Source: a virus (Duplodnaviria; Heunggongvirae; Uroviricota; Caudoviricetes). From it: DNA of 35,721 nt. A program made the translations under genes and the position numbers. A model generated the notes under the pieces. It searched no databases. It saw nothing but the letters and a program-made list of their open reading frames with translations, and was not told the DNA's origin. The stretch lies in IMG/VR virus record IMGVR_UViG_2713896776_000006; one strand, given 5' to 3'. Shown in pieces: positions 1-7,499 of this stretch (the first letter of the stretch is position 1; each line of letters starts with the position of its first letter).

Positions 1-318
1 ATGAAAAAGATAGCTGCTATATCATTAATTAGTATTTTTATTATGTCTGGTTGTGCTGTGCATAATGATGAGACAAGTATCGGTAAATTTGGTCTTGCAT
101 ATAAAAGTAATATTCAGCGTAAACTCGATAACCAATACTACACCGAAGCCGAAGCTTCTTTAGCCAGGGGTAGAATATCTGGTGCAGAAAATATAGTAAA
201 AAATGATGCAACTCATTTCTGTGTTACTCAGGGCAAAAAAATGCAAATAGTTGAGCTGAAGACAGAAGGTGTAGGATTACATGGTGTCGCTCGTCTGACA
301 TTCAAATGTGGAGAGTGA
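1..318 (+). CDS. Small putative lipoprotein (host flank, left of prophage)
   Basis: 105-aa ORF with N-terminal signal-peptide-like hydrophobic segment and lipobox-like MSGC. Lies outside the att repeat. Size and position relative to yegQ/cyaR are consistent with E. coli yegR, but that is from memory of K-12 synteny, not verified. Confidence 0.55.
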   Translation: MKKIAAISLISIFIMSGCAVHNDETSIGKFGLAYKSNIQRKLDNQYYTEAEASLARGRISGAENIVKNDATHFCVTQGKKMQIVELKTEGVGLHGVARLTFKCGE

Positions 319-477
319 GAATATTTTTTGGTAAGCGTCAAATATGCGCGTTCTGGCTGTGCGTAGCCGGAACCTGTGGGAGCACGATGCCGATAAGTGA
401 AAGGCATCGTGCTATGAAGGAGGATTCTATCGATGTGGTCAATGGAAGACGGTTACCAGAGATAGGGCTTATGCATA

Positions 478-504
478 AAAAAATAAGCCCGTGTAAGGGA
501 GATT
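478..504. repeat. attL core: 27-bp direct repeat (aaaaaataagcccgtgtaagggagatt) identical to 34189..34215
   Basis: Exact 27-bp identity seen at both prophage ends; left copy is immediately adjacent to the integrase gene, as for P2 attP/int. Confidence 0.8.
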
Positions 505-583
505 TAGGGTGTCACCAGTAGGGGCTTTCAACGGTACAATGCGGGTTTGAGCGGCATAAATTACCACTGAAAGCCCTTAAACG

Positions 584-1597
584 TTACTCTACTGTGGACA
601 CTGTGTGGACACTCTCGGCCTCAGTACCACCTCTTAGCGGATTAAGAGAAATGGCGTCCTGAAGGTACTCTGGCGCAAAATGAGCGTAAACCATAGTTTG
701 CTCAATCCGCGTGTGACCTAGTATCCGTTGTAGCGTGATAATACTTCCTCCATTAATCATGAAATGAGTGGCAAAGCTGTGCCTTAGTGCATGTGTGGCT
801 TGCCCCATTGGCAAATCCGGTTTTATTGCTTTCATTGTTCGTCTGAAGCGAGGGTAATCAGCATCAGGGAATAAAAAACCTCGTTTGTTATCCGCGATCA
901 TTTTGGCAACAGCCTCTGAGATCGGGACGGTGCGTGGTTTGTTTGTTTTCGTTTTAACAAACGTGACGCGGTTATGGATGATATTTTCTGCTTTCAAACG
1001 AGCTGCTTCTCCCCAACGTGCTCCAGTACTCAGGCAAAGAATCGCAATCTTTTTGTTGTCGCCGTCAAGAGCAGCAAGCAGTAAGGCAATTTCTTCCTGC
1101 GTGAGATAGCCCGTGTCTGGTTTTTCCTCCTTAAGCCTTTTTGTCCCTCTGATAGGGTGCTCACCAAAGAATAACTCCGCTTCAATCAGGGCTGTAAACA
1201 TGCCGCTAATACATGTTAAATCACGATTGATACTCGAAGGTTTAATACCCTGACTTCTTCGGGTGGCGCAGTACTGGCTGATAAGCGATTTCGTAATTTG
1301 AAATGCGCATGGGTCATTCGTTATTTTTGTGAAGATTTCAATTTTTCCAAGATTAGATTTTCCATGCTCTTCGTGTTTACCCTTTAAATCCCACCAGATC
1401 TGTGTCAGCTCCGACAGACGTCGCTTGTCTGTTGGTTTTGATAGCCATTCTTTATTGTGGTGGTTGTACAACGTGTATTTCTCGAAAGCGACAGCTTCGC
1501 TTTTCTTATCAAACTTCCTACGGATGCGTTTTCCATTACGTCCAGTAGGGCGGATGTCCACTTCATATCGACCATCATCGAGTTTTTTGATTGCCAT
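584..1597 (-). CDS. int: Tyrosine integrase (P2 Int-like)
   Basis: 337-aa ORF adjacent to attL; C-terminal HxLRHxxAT...Y tyrosine-recombinase signature (ATHALRHSFATHF ... MVYAHF); same length as P2 Int. Confidence 0.95.
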   Translation of the reverse strand: MAIKKLDDGRYEVDIRPTGRNGKRIRRKFDKKSEAVAFEKYTLYNHHNKEWLSKPTDKRRLSELTQIWWDLKGKHEEHGKSNLGKIEIFTKITNDPCAFQITKSLISQYCATRRSQGIKPSSINRDLTCISGMFTALIEAELFFGEHPIRGTKRLKEEKPDTGYLTQEEIALLLAALDGDNKKIAILCLSTGARWGEAARLKAENIIHNRVTFVKTKTNKPRTVPISEAVAKMIADNKRGFLFPDADYPRFRRTMKAIKPDLPMGQATHALRHSFATHFMINGGSIITLQRILGHTRIEQTMVYAHFAPEYLQDAISLNPLRGGTEAESVHTVSTVE

Positions 1598-1712
1598 CAG
1601 AAAACCCTCCGAGTGGTGTGTTTTTTTGCGACTACTAATCGCTTTTTTCGTGGTGGCTGAAATTTAGCCACCAATAGTAGGCACTTGTGATGAATATATT
1701 CACGATGAATTG

Positions 1713-2012
1713 TTAACCAGTCTTTTGACCGGAGTGGGGCGACGTTGTTTCGTTTTGCCCAAAGTGTGCGAGAGCGGGCGCAATTTGCCCGGACTCAGGA
1801 GCGATCTGATTGGTCATGAACCATAAAGTGTATTTGGTGAATTGTGGGGTCTGCAGGATGTTCATCATGACATCTGTTGGAGGTGTTGAACGACCACTTT
1901 CATAGTAACTCAGCGTGCCATACGGAACCCCTGTTAAATCAGCAAGTTGTTGTCTGCTCAAATACTCTGATTTTCGCATTAAGACTATCTTCTCGCTTAT
2001 CGTGTTTGACAT
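1713..2012 (-). CDS. C: Immunity repressor (P2 C-like)
   Basis: 99-aa ORF divergent from cox, with HTH-like segment (LSRQQLADLTGVPYGTLSYYESG); same length and position as P2 C. Confidence 0.88.
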   Translation of the reverse strand: MSNTISEKIVLMRKSEYLSRQQLADLTGVPYGTLSYYESGRSTPPTDVMMNILQTPQFTKYTLWFMTNQIAPESGQIAPALAHFGQNETTSPHSGQKTG

Positions 2013-2015
2013 GGT

Positions 2016-2060
2016 GTTTAGATCTCAATAGTATTTGGTTTAGATGTAGATTGTTTAGTG
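2016..2060. promoter_or_regulatory. Divergent Pc/Pe promoter-operator region with direct repeats gtttagat (2016..2023, 2038..2045) and gtttagtg (2053..2060)
   Basis: 8-bp direct repeats 22 bp apart seen in the C-cox intergenic region; P2 C repressor is known to bind direct repeats flanking the early promoter. Exact operator boundaries not determined. Confidence 0.45.
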
Positions 2061-2126
2061 CTTGGATGTGGGCACTAAAAGGCATTATAAGACATTAAAC
2101 GCAATTCATGAGGGCTAGAGGACGAC

Positions 2127-2402
2127 ATGAGCAAGCAAGTAACACTCATGACTGATGCGATTCCTTATCAGGAGTTCGCAAAACTAATAGGAAAATCGAC
2201 AGGAGCGGTTCGTCGGATGATCGATAAAGGAAAGCTGCCTGTAATTGATATGACCGATCCACAATCAGCTTCAGGTCGTGCAGGTGAATATTGGGTATAC
2301 CTTCCGGCATGGAATAACGGACTAAAACTGGCTTATGAAAGCCGCCCTAAAGAGATTCGTGACGGCTGGTTGATGTGGTTAGGTCTCGGTGAACCACGTT
2401 AA
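2127..2402 (+). CDS. cox: Cox excisionase / early-promoter regulator
   Basis: 91-aa ORF, first gene of rightward early operon, divergent from C; same length as P2 Cox. Confidence 0.88.
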   Translation: MSKQVTLMTDAIPYQEFAKLIGKSTGAVRRMIDKGKLPVIDMTDPQSASGRAGEYWVYLPAWNNGLKLAYESRPKEIRDGWLMWLGLGEPR

Positions 2403-2412
2403 GGAGAACCGT

Positions 2413-2583
2413 ATGAATGAGCCTCGTTGTATTGCTCAGTTACTGCGTAACGAAAGCCCCAGGGCGATTGACTTCACCATCACCCACGGTAAGGGGCGTA
2501 AGGGTATCATTATCCGTACCAAAAAACAGAGTCCGTTAAAAAAGGCTCTGACCTTTCTGAAAAGCCGGAGGGTCTGGAAATGA
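2413..2583 (+). CDS. Small early protein (P2 orf78-like)
   Basis: 56-aa ORF starting at the ATG 6 nt downstream of AGGAG (2402..2406); sits between cox and B as in P2. Function unknown. Confidence 0.5.
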   Translation: MNEPRCIAQLLRNESPRAIDFTITHGKGRKGIIIRTKKQSPLKKALTFLKSRRVWK

Positions 2584-3080
2584 CAGTGATGACGCTTAAT
2601 CTCGTCGAAAAACAGCCAGCAGCTATGCGCCGGATAATTGGTAAGCATCTTGCCGTCCCTCGCTGGCAGGAGACATGCGATTATTATAATCAGATGATGG
2701 TACGCGAACGGCTAACGGTTTGCTTCCATGCGCAGTTAAAACAGCGTCACGCAACGATGCGTTTTGAAGAAATGAATGATGTCGAACGTGAACGACTGGT
2801 ATGTGCAATTGATGAATTGCGTGGGGCATTCTCAAAACGCCGTCAGGTTGGCGCAAGTGAGTATGCATATATTAGTTTTTTAACAGTCAGTCAGCGTCGT
2901 ACTTTATTTATGCATGCCGGATTGACTGAAAAAGAATTCAACCAGCCATACTGGCGAATTAATGAAGAATCATGTTACTGGCGTGATGCTTTATTCCGTG
3001 CATTACGTGAATTATTCAGCCTGTTTGAGTATGCACCGACAATTCTGACGTCGGTAAAACCAGAGCAATATCTGCATTAA
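2580..3080 (+). CDS. B: Replication protein B (helicase-loader-like)
   Basis: 166-aa ORF with GGAGGG SD upstream; same length and position as P2 gpB. Confidence 0.85.
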   Translation: MTVMTLNLVEKQPAAMRRIIGKHLAVPRWQETCDYYNQMMVRERLTVCFHAQLKQRHATMRFEEMNDVERERLVCAIDELRGAFSKRRQVGASEYAYISFLTVSQRRTLFMHAGLTEKEFNQPYWRINEESCYWRDALFRALRELFSLFEYAPTILTSVKPEQYLH

Positions 3081-3143
3081 GTAATTAACCAGAGTTTTTA
3101 ACGCACTTAATTGTGCGGGGCTTCTTTTTGCCTGGAGAAAGTC

Positions 3144-3368
3144 ATGCATACAGTTTCTGAAAATCAGTGCGGTAAATACGCATTACTGCTGCAACAGGCC
3201 AGAACCGAAGCACAGGCCGACGCAGCGACGCGCTTTTCTTCTCATCTTGACGCCATGATTCGCCACATCACAAAGGCGGAGTTATCCCGCGTGGAGATAG
3301 TCGAGCTGCTCAGTCAGGAGTCGGAAAAATTTCACAATATCGGATTGTCTCGCGGGGAGGTGCTTTGA
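3144..3368 (+). CDS. Early hypothetical protein (P2 orf80-like)
   Basis: ORF in early operon; start chosen at the ATG preceded by GGAGAAA. The six-frame track begins at 3111; start is uncertain. Confidence 0.45.
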   Translation: MHTVSENQCGKYALLLQQARTEAQADAATRFSSHLDAMIRHITKAELSRVEIVELLSQESEKFHNIGLSRGEVL

Positions 3369-3670
3369 TGTCCTGTTCTCGTTCAGTTGTATTACTGAAT
3401 AACGCCTTAAAAATCGCCGTTATGAGAAATGGCGATTTATCTCTTATTCAACTTGGTCTTGATAAAGAAAAACGCGAAATAACTGAGTCTGTTATCGCGA
3501 TTTATCAGAACGAATTAAATCTCCTGTCTGATGTGGTCAATTTACTTGTTAAACGCGCTGTATTTCACAAGCAAATCTCCTCCGTGGATGAACTGACGAA
3601 ATTAACGACAGAAATTGCCAGCTATTGCGCTGATGAATTTAAAAAACTTAACGACAAAAGGAGCTGGTAA
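3368..3670 (+). CDS. Early hypothetical protein (P2 orf81-like)
   Basis: 100-aa ORF from the first ATG, with GGGGAGG upstream; position conserved in P2 early operon. Confidence 0.5.
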   Translation: MSCSRSVVLLNNALKIAVMRNGDLSLIQLGLDKEKREITESVIAIYQNELNLLSDVVNLLVKRAVFHKQISSVDELTKLTTEIASYCADEFKKLNDKRSW

Positions 3671-3894
3671 TGCCGGACAACGTAGATTTTATTCAGGAAC
3701 AACAGGCTGAATTACTGGAGCGCCAGATTAACGCGGCAAGGGTAAAGCATTGCGGTGTTTCTGCGCTGGTTTGCGAAGAGTGTGACGCGCCAATACCTGC
3801 TGCCCGTCGTGCGGCTTATCCGTCAGCCACGCGTTGTGTTTCCTGCCAGTCAGTCTTTGAAGCAAAAAACAAACATTACCGGAGAACGTCATGA
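3670..3894 (+). CDS. TraR/DksA-family C4 zinc-finger protein (P2 orf82-like)
   Basis: 74-aa ORF with CxxC-N17-CxxC pattern (CEECDAPIPAARRAAYPSATRCVSC); GGAG SD upstream. Confidence 0.6.
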   Translation: MPDNVDFIQEQQAELLERQINAARVKHCGVSALVCEECDAPIPAARRAAYPSATRCVSCQSVFEAKNKHYRRTS

Positions 3895-4166
3895 GTATTC
3901 GTATTGAAATTGGCGAACGTTATGTCGTTACCAGTGACAGCTTTCAGTTTATTCTCCACGAGAAAAAGAGAGCTGAAAGCGGTAAAAACGCCGGTCAGGA
4001 ATGGCTGGCGGTGGTTGGTTATTACCCGAAATTAAGCCAGCTTGTTTCCGGCCTGATGCATCACGATATTCTGACCGGAAGCGCAAAGTCTTTTGCTGAT
4101 TTAAACGCGCAGGTTGAGCAACTCAGCAAGCGTTGTTCAGAGGCTTTTGGCTCATATGGCCGTTAA
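3891..4166 (+). CDS. Early hypothetical protein (P2 orf83-like)
   Basis: 91-aa ORF, GGAGAA SD; overlaps start of A as in P2. Confidence 0.5.
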   Translation: MSIRIEIGERYVVTSDSFQFILHEKKRAESGKNAGQEWLAVVGYYPKLSQLVSGLMHHDILTGSAKSFADLNAQVEQLSKRCSEAFGSYGR

Positions 4167-6432
4167 AGCCTCCGGGCGTTTTGTCCCTCCGTCAGCATTT
4201 GCCGCAGGCACCGGTGAGACGTTTACCGGTGCTTATGCATGGAACGCGCCACGCGAGGCCGTCGGGCGCGAAAGACCCCTTACACGTGACGAGATGCGTC
4301 AGGTGCAAGGTGTTTTATCCACGATTAATCGCCTGCCTTACTTTTTGCGCTCGCTGTTTACTTCACGCTATGACTACATCCGGCGCAATAAAAGCCCGGT
4401 GCACGGGTTTTATTTCCTCACATCCACTTTTCAGCGCCGTTTATGGCCGCGTATTGAGCGCGTGAATCAGCGCCATGAAATGAACACCGACGCGTCGTTG
4501 CTGTTTCTGGCAGAGCGTGACCATTATGCGCGTCTGCCGGGGATGAATGACAAGGAGCTGAAAAAGTTTGCCGCCCGTATCTCATCGCAGCTTTTCATGA
4601 TGTATGAGGAACTCTGCGATGCATGGGTTGATGCACATGGCGAGAAAGAATCGCTGTTTACAGATGAGGCGCAGGCGCATCTGTATGGTCATGTTGCTGG
4701 CGCTGCACGTGCTTTCAATATTTCCCCTCTCTACTGGAAAAAATACCGTAAAGGACAGATGACCACGAGGCAGGCATATTCTGCCATTGCCCGTCTGTTT
4801 AACGATGAGTGGTGGACTCATCAGCTTAAAGGCCAGCGTATGCGCTGGCATGAGGCGTTACTGATTGCTGTCGGGGAGGTCAATAAAGACCGTTCTCCTT
4901 ATGCCAGTAAACATGCCATTCGTGATGTGCGTGCACGCCGCCAGGCAAATCTGGAATTTCTTAAATCGTGTGACCTCGAAAACAGGGAAACCGGCGAGCG
5001 CATCGACCTTATCAGTAAGGTGATGGGCAGTATTTCTAATCCTGAAATTCGCCGGATGGAGCTGATGAACACCATCGCCGGTATTGAGCGTTACGCCGCC
5101 GCAGAGGGTGATGTGGGGATGTTTATCACTCTGACCGCGCCGTCAAAGTATCACCCGACACGTCAGGTCGGAAAAGGCGAAAGTAAAACCGTCCAGCTAA
5201 ATCACGGCTGGAATGATGAGGCATTTAATCCAAAGGATGCGCAGCGTTATCTCTGCCGCATCTGGAGCCTGATGCGCACGGCATTCAAGGATAATGATTT
5301 ACAGGTCTACGGTTTGCGAGTCGTCGAGCCACACCACGACGGAACGCCGCACTGGCATATGATGCTTTTTTGTAATCCACGCCAGCGTAACCAGATTATC
5401 GAAATCATGCGTCGCTATGCGCTCAAAGAGGATGGTGACGAAAGAGGAGCCGCGCGAAACCGTTTTCAGGCAAAACACCTTAACCGGGGCGGTGCTGCGG
5501 GATATATCGCGAAATACATCTCAAAAAACATCGATGGCTATGCACTGGATGGTCAGCTCGATAATGATACCGGCAGGCCGCTGAAAGACACTGCCGCGGC
5601 TGTTACCGCATGGGCGTCAACGTGGCGCATTCCGCAATTTAAAACGGTTGGCCTGCCGACAATGGGGGCTTACCGTGAACTACGCAAATTGCCTCGCGGC
5701 GTCAGCATTGCTGATGAGTTTGACGAGCGCGTCGAGGCTGCACGCGCCGCTGCAGACAGTGGTGATTTTGCGTTGTATATCAGCGCGCAGGGCGGGGCAA
5801 ATGTCCCGCGCGATTGCCAGACTGTCAGGGTCGCCCGTAGCCCGTCGGATGACGTTAACGAGTACGAGGAAGAAGTCGAGAGAGTGGTCGGCATTTACGC
5901 GCCGCATCTCGGCGCGCGTCATATTCATATCACCAGAACGACGGACTGGCGCATTGTTCCGAAAGTGCCGGTCGTTGAGCCTTTGACTTTAAAAAGCGGC
6001 ATCGCCGCGCCTCGGAGTCCTGTCAATAACTGTGGAAAGCTCACCGGTGGTGATACTTCGTTACCGGCTCCCACACCTTCTGAACACGCCGCAGCAGTGC
6101 TTAATCTGGTTGATGACGGTGTTATCGAATGGAATGACACGGAGGTCGTGAGGGCGCTCAGGGGGGCATTAAAACACGACCTGAGAACACCAAATCGTCA
6201 GCAAAGAAACGGAAGCCCGTTAAAACTACATGAAATTGCACCATCGGCCAGACTGACCCGGTCGGAAAGAATGCAAATTACCCGTATCCGCGTTGACCTT
6301 GCTCAGAACGGTATCAGGCCGCAGCGATGGGAGCTTGAGGCGCTGGCGCGTGGCGCGACCGTAAATTATTACGGGAAATATTTCAATTATCAGGTCGCTG
6401 ATGAGTGGCCTGGATTTTTGTTACCCATTTGA
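4156..6432 (+). CDS. A: Replication initiation protein A (rolling-circle nickase)
   Basis: About 758 aa from the first in-frame ATG (a TTG at 4147 would give 761 aa, the P2 gpA length); position after orf83; large basic replication protein typical of P2 gpA. Start uncertain by about 3 codons. Confidence 0.88.
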   Translation: MAVKASGRFVPPSAFAAGTGETFTGAYAWNAPREAVGRERPLTRDEMRQVQGVLSTINRLPYFLRSLFTSRYDYIRRNKSPVHGFYFLTSTFQRRLWPRIERVNQRHEMNTDASLLFLAERDHYARLPGMNDKELKKFAARISSQLFMMYEELCDAWVDAHGEKESLFTDEAQAHLYGHVAGAARAFNISPLYWKKYRKGQMTTRQAYSAIARLFNDEWWTHQLKGQRMRWHEALLIAVGEVNKDRSPYASKHAIRDVRARRQANLEFLKSCDLENRETGERIDLISKVMGSISNPEIRRMELMNTIAGIERYAAAEGDVGMFITLTAPSKYHPTRQVGKGESKTVQLNHGWNDEAFNPKDAQRYLCRIWSLMRTAFKDNDLQVYGLRVVEPHHDGTPHWHMMLFCNPRQRNQIIEIMRRYALKEDGDERGAARNRFQAKHLNRGGAAGYIAKYISKNIDGYALDGQLDNDTGRPLKDTAAAVTAWASTWRIPQFKTVGLPTMGAYRELRKLPRGVSIADEFDERVEAARAAADSGDFALYISAQGGANVPRDCQTVRVARSPSDDVNEYEEEVERVVGIYAPHLGARHIHITRTTDWRIVPKVPVVEPLTLKSGIAAPRSPVNNCGKLTGGDTSLPAPTPSEHAAAVLNLVDDGVIEWNDTEVVRALRGALKHDLRTPNRQQRNGSPLKLHEIAPSARLTRSERMQITRIRVDLAQNGIRPQRWELEALARGATVNYYGKYFNYQVADEWPGFLLPI

Positions 6433-6690
6433 GTAAAAATGCAGCGTGATTTTATATGCCTTTGAATGGATTATGCGAAGCGCCTCTAAGGCAGATGAGG
6501 AGCAATAGCATGCTGAAGTAGAAGGCTAAATTGTATTGAATCGCTAGCATGTAATTTAAGGCAGCTATTTGATTCGAGTCATAAAAGAGCATCTATTTCG
6601 GCTAATAAAACCATTGCGAGTGACCTTTTGTCGAAGCATAATTCATCTCGAGCGAAGTCTTGCTAGTCTTTCATCGGAATGATGACAGGC

Positions 6691-6723
6691 GCAAAAAAAC
6701 CACCCTGGCAGGTGGTTTTTTTG
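6691..6723. terminator. Bidirectional rho-independent terminator (accacc-ctggca-ggtggt between A-run and T-run)
   Basis: Seen directly: A7 - 6-bp GC-rich stem - 6-nt loop - stem - T7. Lies downstream of A (plus strand) and of the small minus-strand ORF. Confidence 0.6.
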
Positions 6724-6734
6724 TTTGAAGCATA

Positions 6735-6848
6735 CTAAAGAATAATACTTACATGGATATTACTGACGTTTACTGACAAACCACTTGGACTACCATATGG
6801 ATAGCCAAAGAGGGCCAGAACGAGAATGCAGTAATAGCACTTCTTCAT
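6735..6848 (-). CDS. Candidate small protein (37 aa, MKKCYYCILVLALFGYPYGSPSGLSVNVSNIHVSIIL)
   Basis: Not in the ORF track (<60 aa). Found by manual reverse-complement translation: AGGAGG SD 4 nt upstream of ATG, and the ORF ends about 12 nt before the terminator hairpin. Compact promoter-SD-ORF-terminator layout. Function unknown. Confidence 0.25.
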   Translation of the reverse strand: MKKCYYCILVLALFGYPYGSPSGLSVNVSNIHVSIIL

Positions 6849-7420
6849 ATCTCCTCCTGTAAGCAGAGGGCAATTTCCGCCGATATATGCGCTTCTGAGG
6901 CGGAGTTACTATTTAGCGAAGTCTTGCCCTGAAATAATGCTCTGTTTAAACGCAAAGTGATCTGGCATATCACCGAACAGAGAGCCTGAACAACACAACA
7001 TATAGTATGTCGTTGTTTCTGGTTGCATTTTATGTTGTGTAATACTGGTTTTGCATCAAGGATGTTTGAGCTTTTTTTGATATAGCTCAAAGTAAAAAGC
7101 AGGGACTACGGATGATAAGGTATTGAAAGCAATGTAAATTTTTTAAAGTTATTGGTGGCTAAAAAATGCACAGTTTCAATATGGCGGACTTAAATAAGCA
7201 ATTAAAAAAGTCATAAATATCACTAAAATCATGGTGTTACGTTTTTTTTGTGGGAGCTGCGGTGACGCTTAAGTTGATTTGTCATTAAATAAGCCGTGCA
7301 TGCAACAAGTGAATGTTTTTGCATGCGTCGGGGATGCCCGTTCCAGCTGCTCGCGGTCAGAGCTGGTGCGGATCCATAGTATCTATGCAACTGCATTAAA
7401 ACCGCCACATGAAGCGGGCG

Positions 7421-7439
7421 GGCGAGGCGGGGAAAGCAC
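7421..7439. other. Putative cos site (19-nt cohesive-end sequence ggcgaggcggggaaagcac)
   Basis: GC-rich 19-mer matching my recollection of the P2 cohesive end; located between A and Q where P2 cos lies in the prophage map. Recollection only, not verified. Confidence 0.45.
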
Positions 7440-7499
7440 TGCGCGTTAAAGATTTTATTATGGCTATTGACTTGCTTTGTGTTCAGAAATGAACTAACT

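Noticed and set aside
306-521. 71-aa plus-strand ORF spanning the host flank and the attL core
   Set aside because: Overlaps the end of the upstream lipoprotein gene and runs across the att core and the P-arm-like relic; no SD; most likely a chance frame.
1640-1680. Inverted repeat ggtggct-gaaattt-agccacc between int and C, as a possible terminator
   Set aside because: The T-run lies on the wrong side for either strand to act as an intrinsic terminator; function unclear, so not called.
6845-7090. 81-aa minus-strand ORF in the A-cos interval
   Set aside because: Begins with a non-ATG start in the track, has no convincing SD, and is Cys/Ser-rich with low complexity; probably non-coding. Its stop overlaps the start of the 37-aa ORF, so it may be a degraded gene remnant.
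7160-7217. Tiny 16-aa ORF (MHSFNMADLNKQLKKS) with a GGTGG SD in the A-cos interval
   Set aside because: Too short and unsupported to call; noted only as a possible leader peptide.
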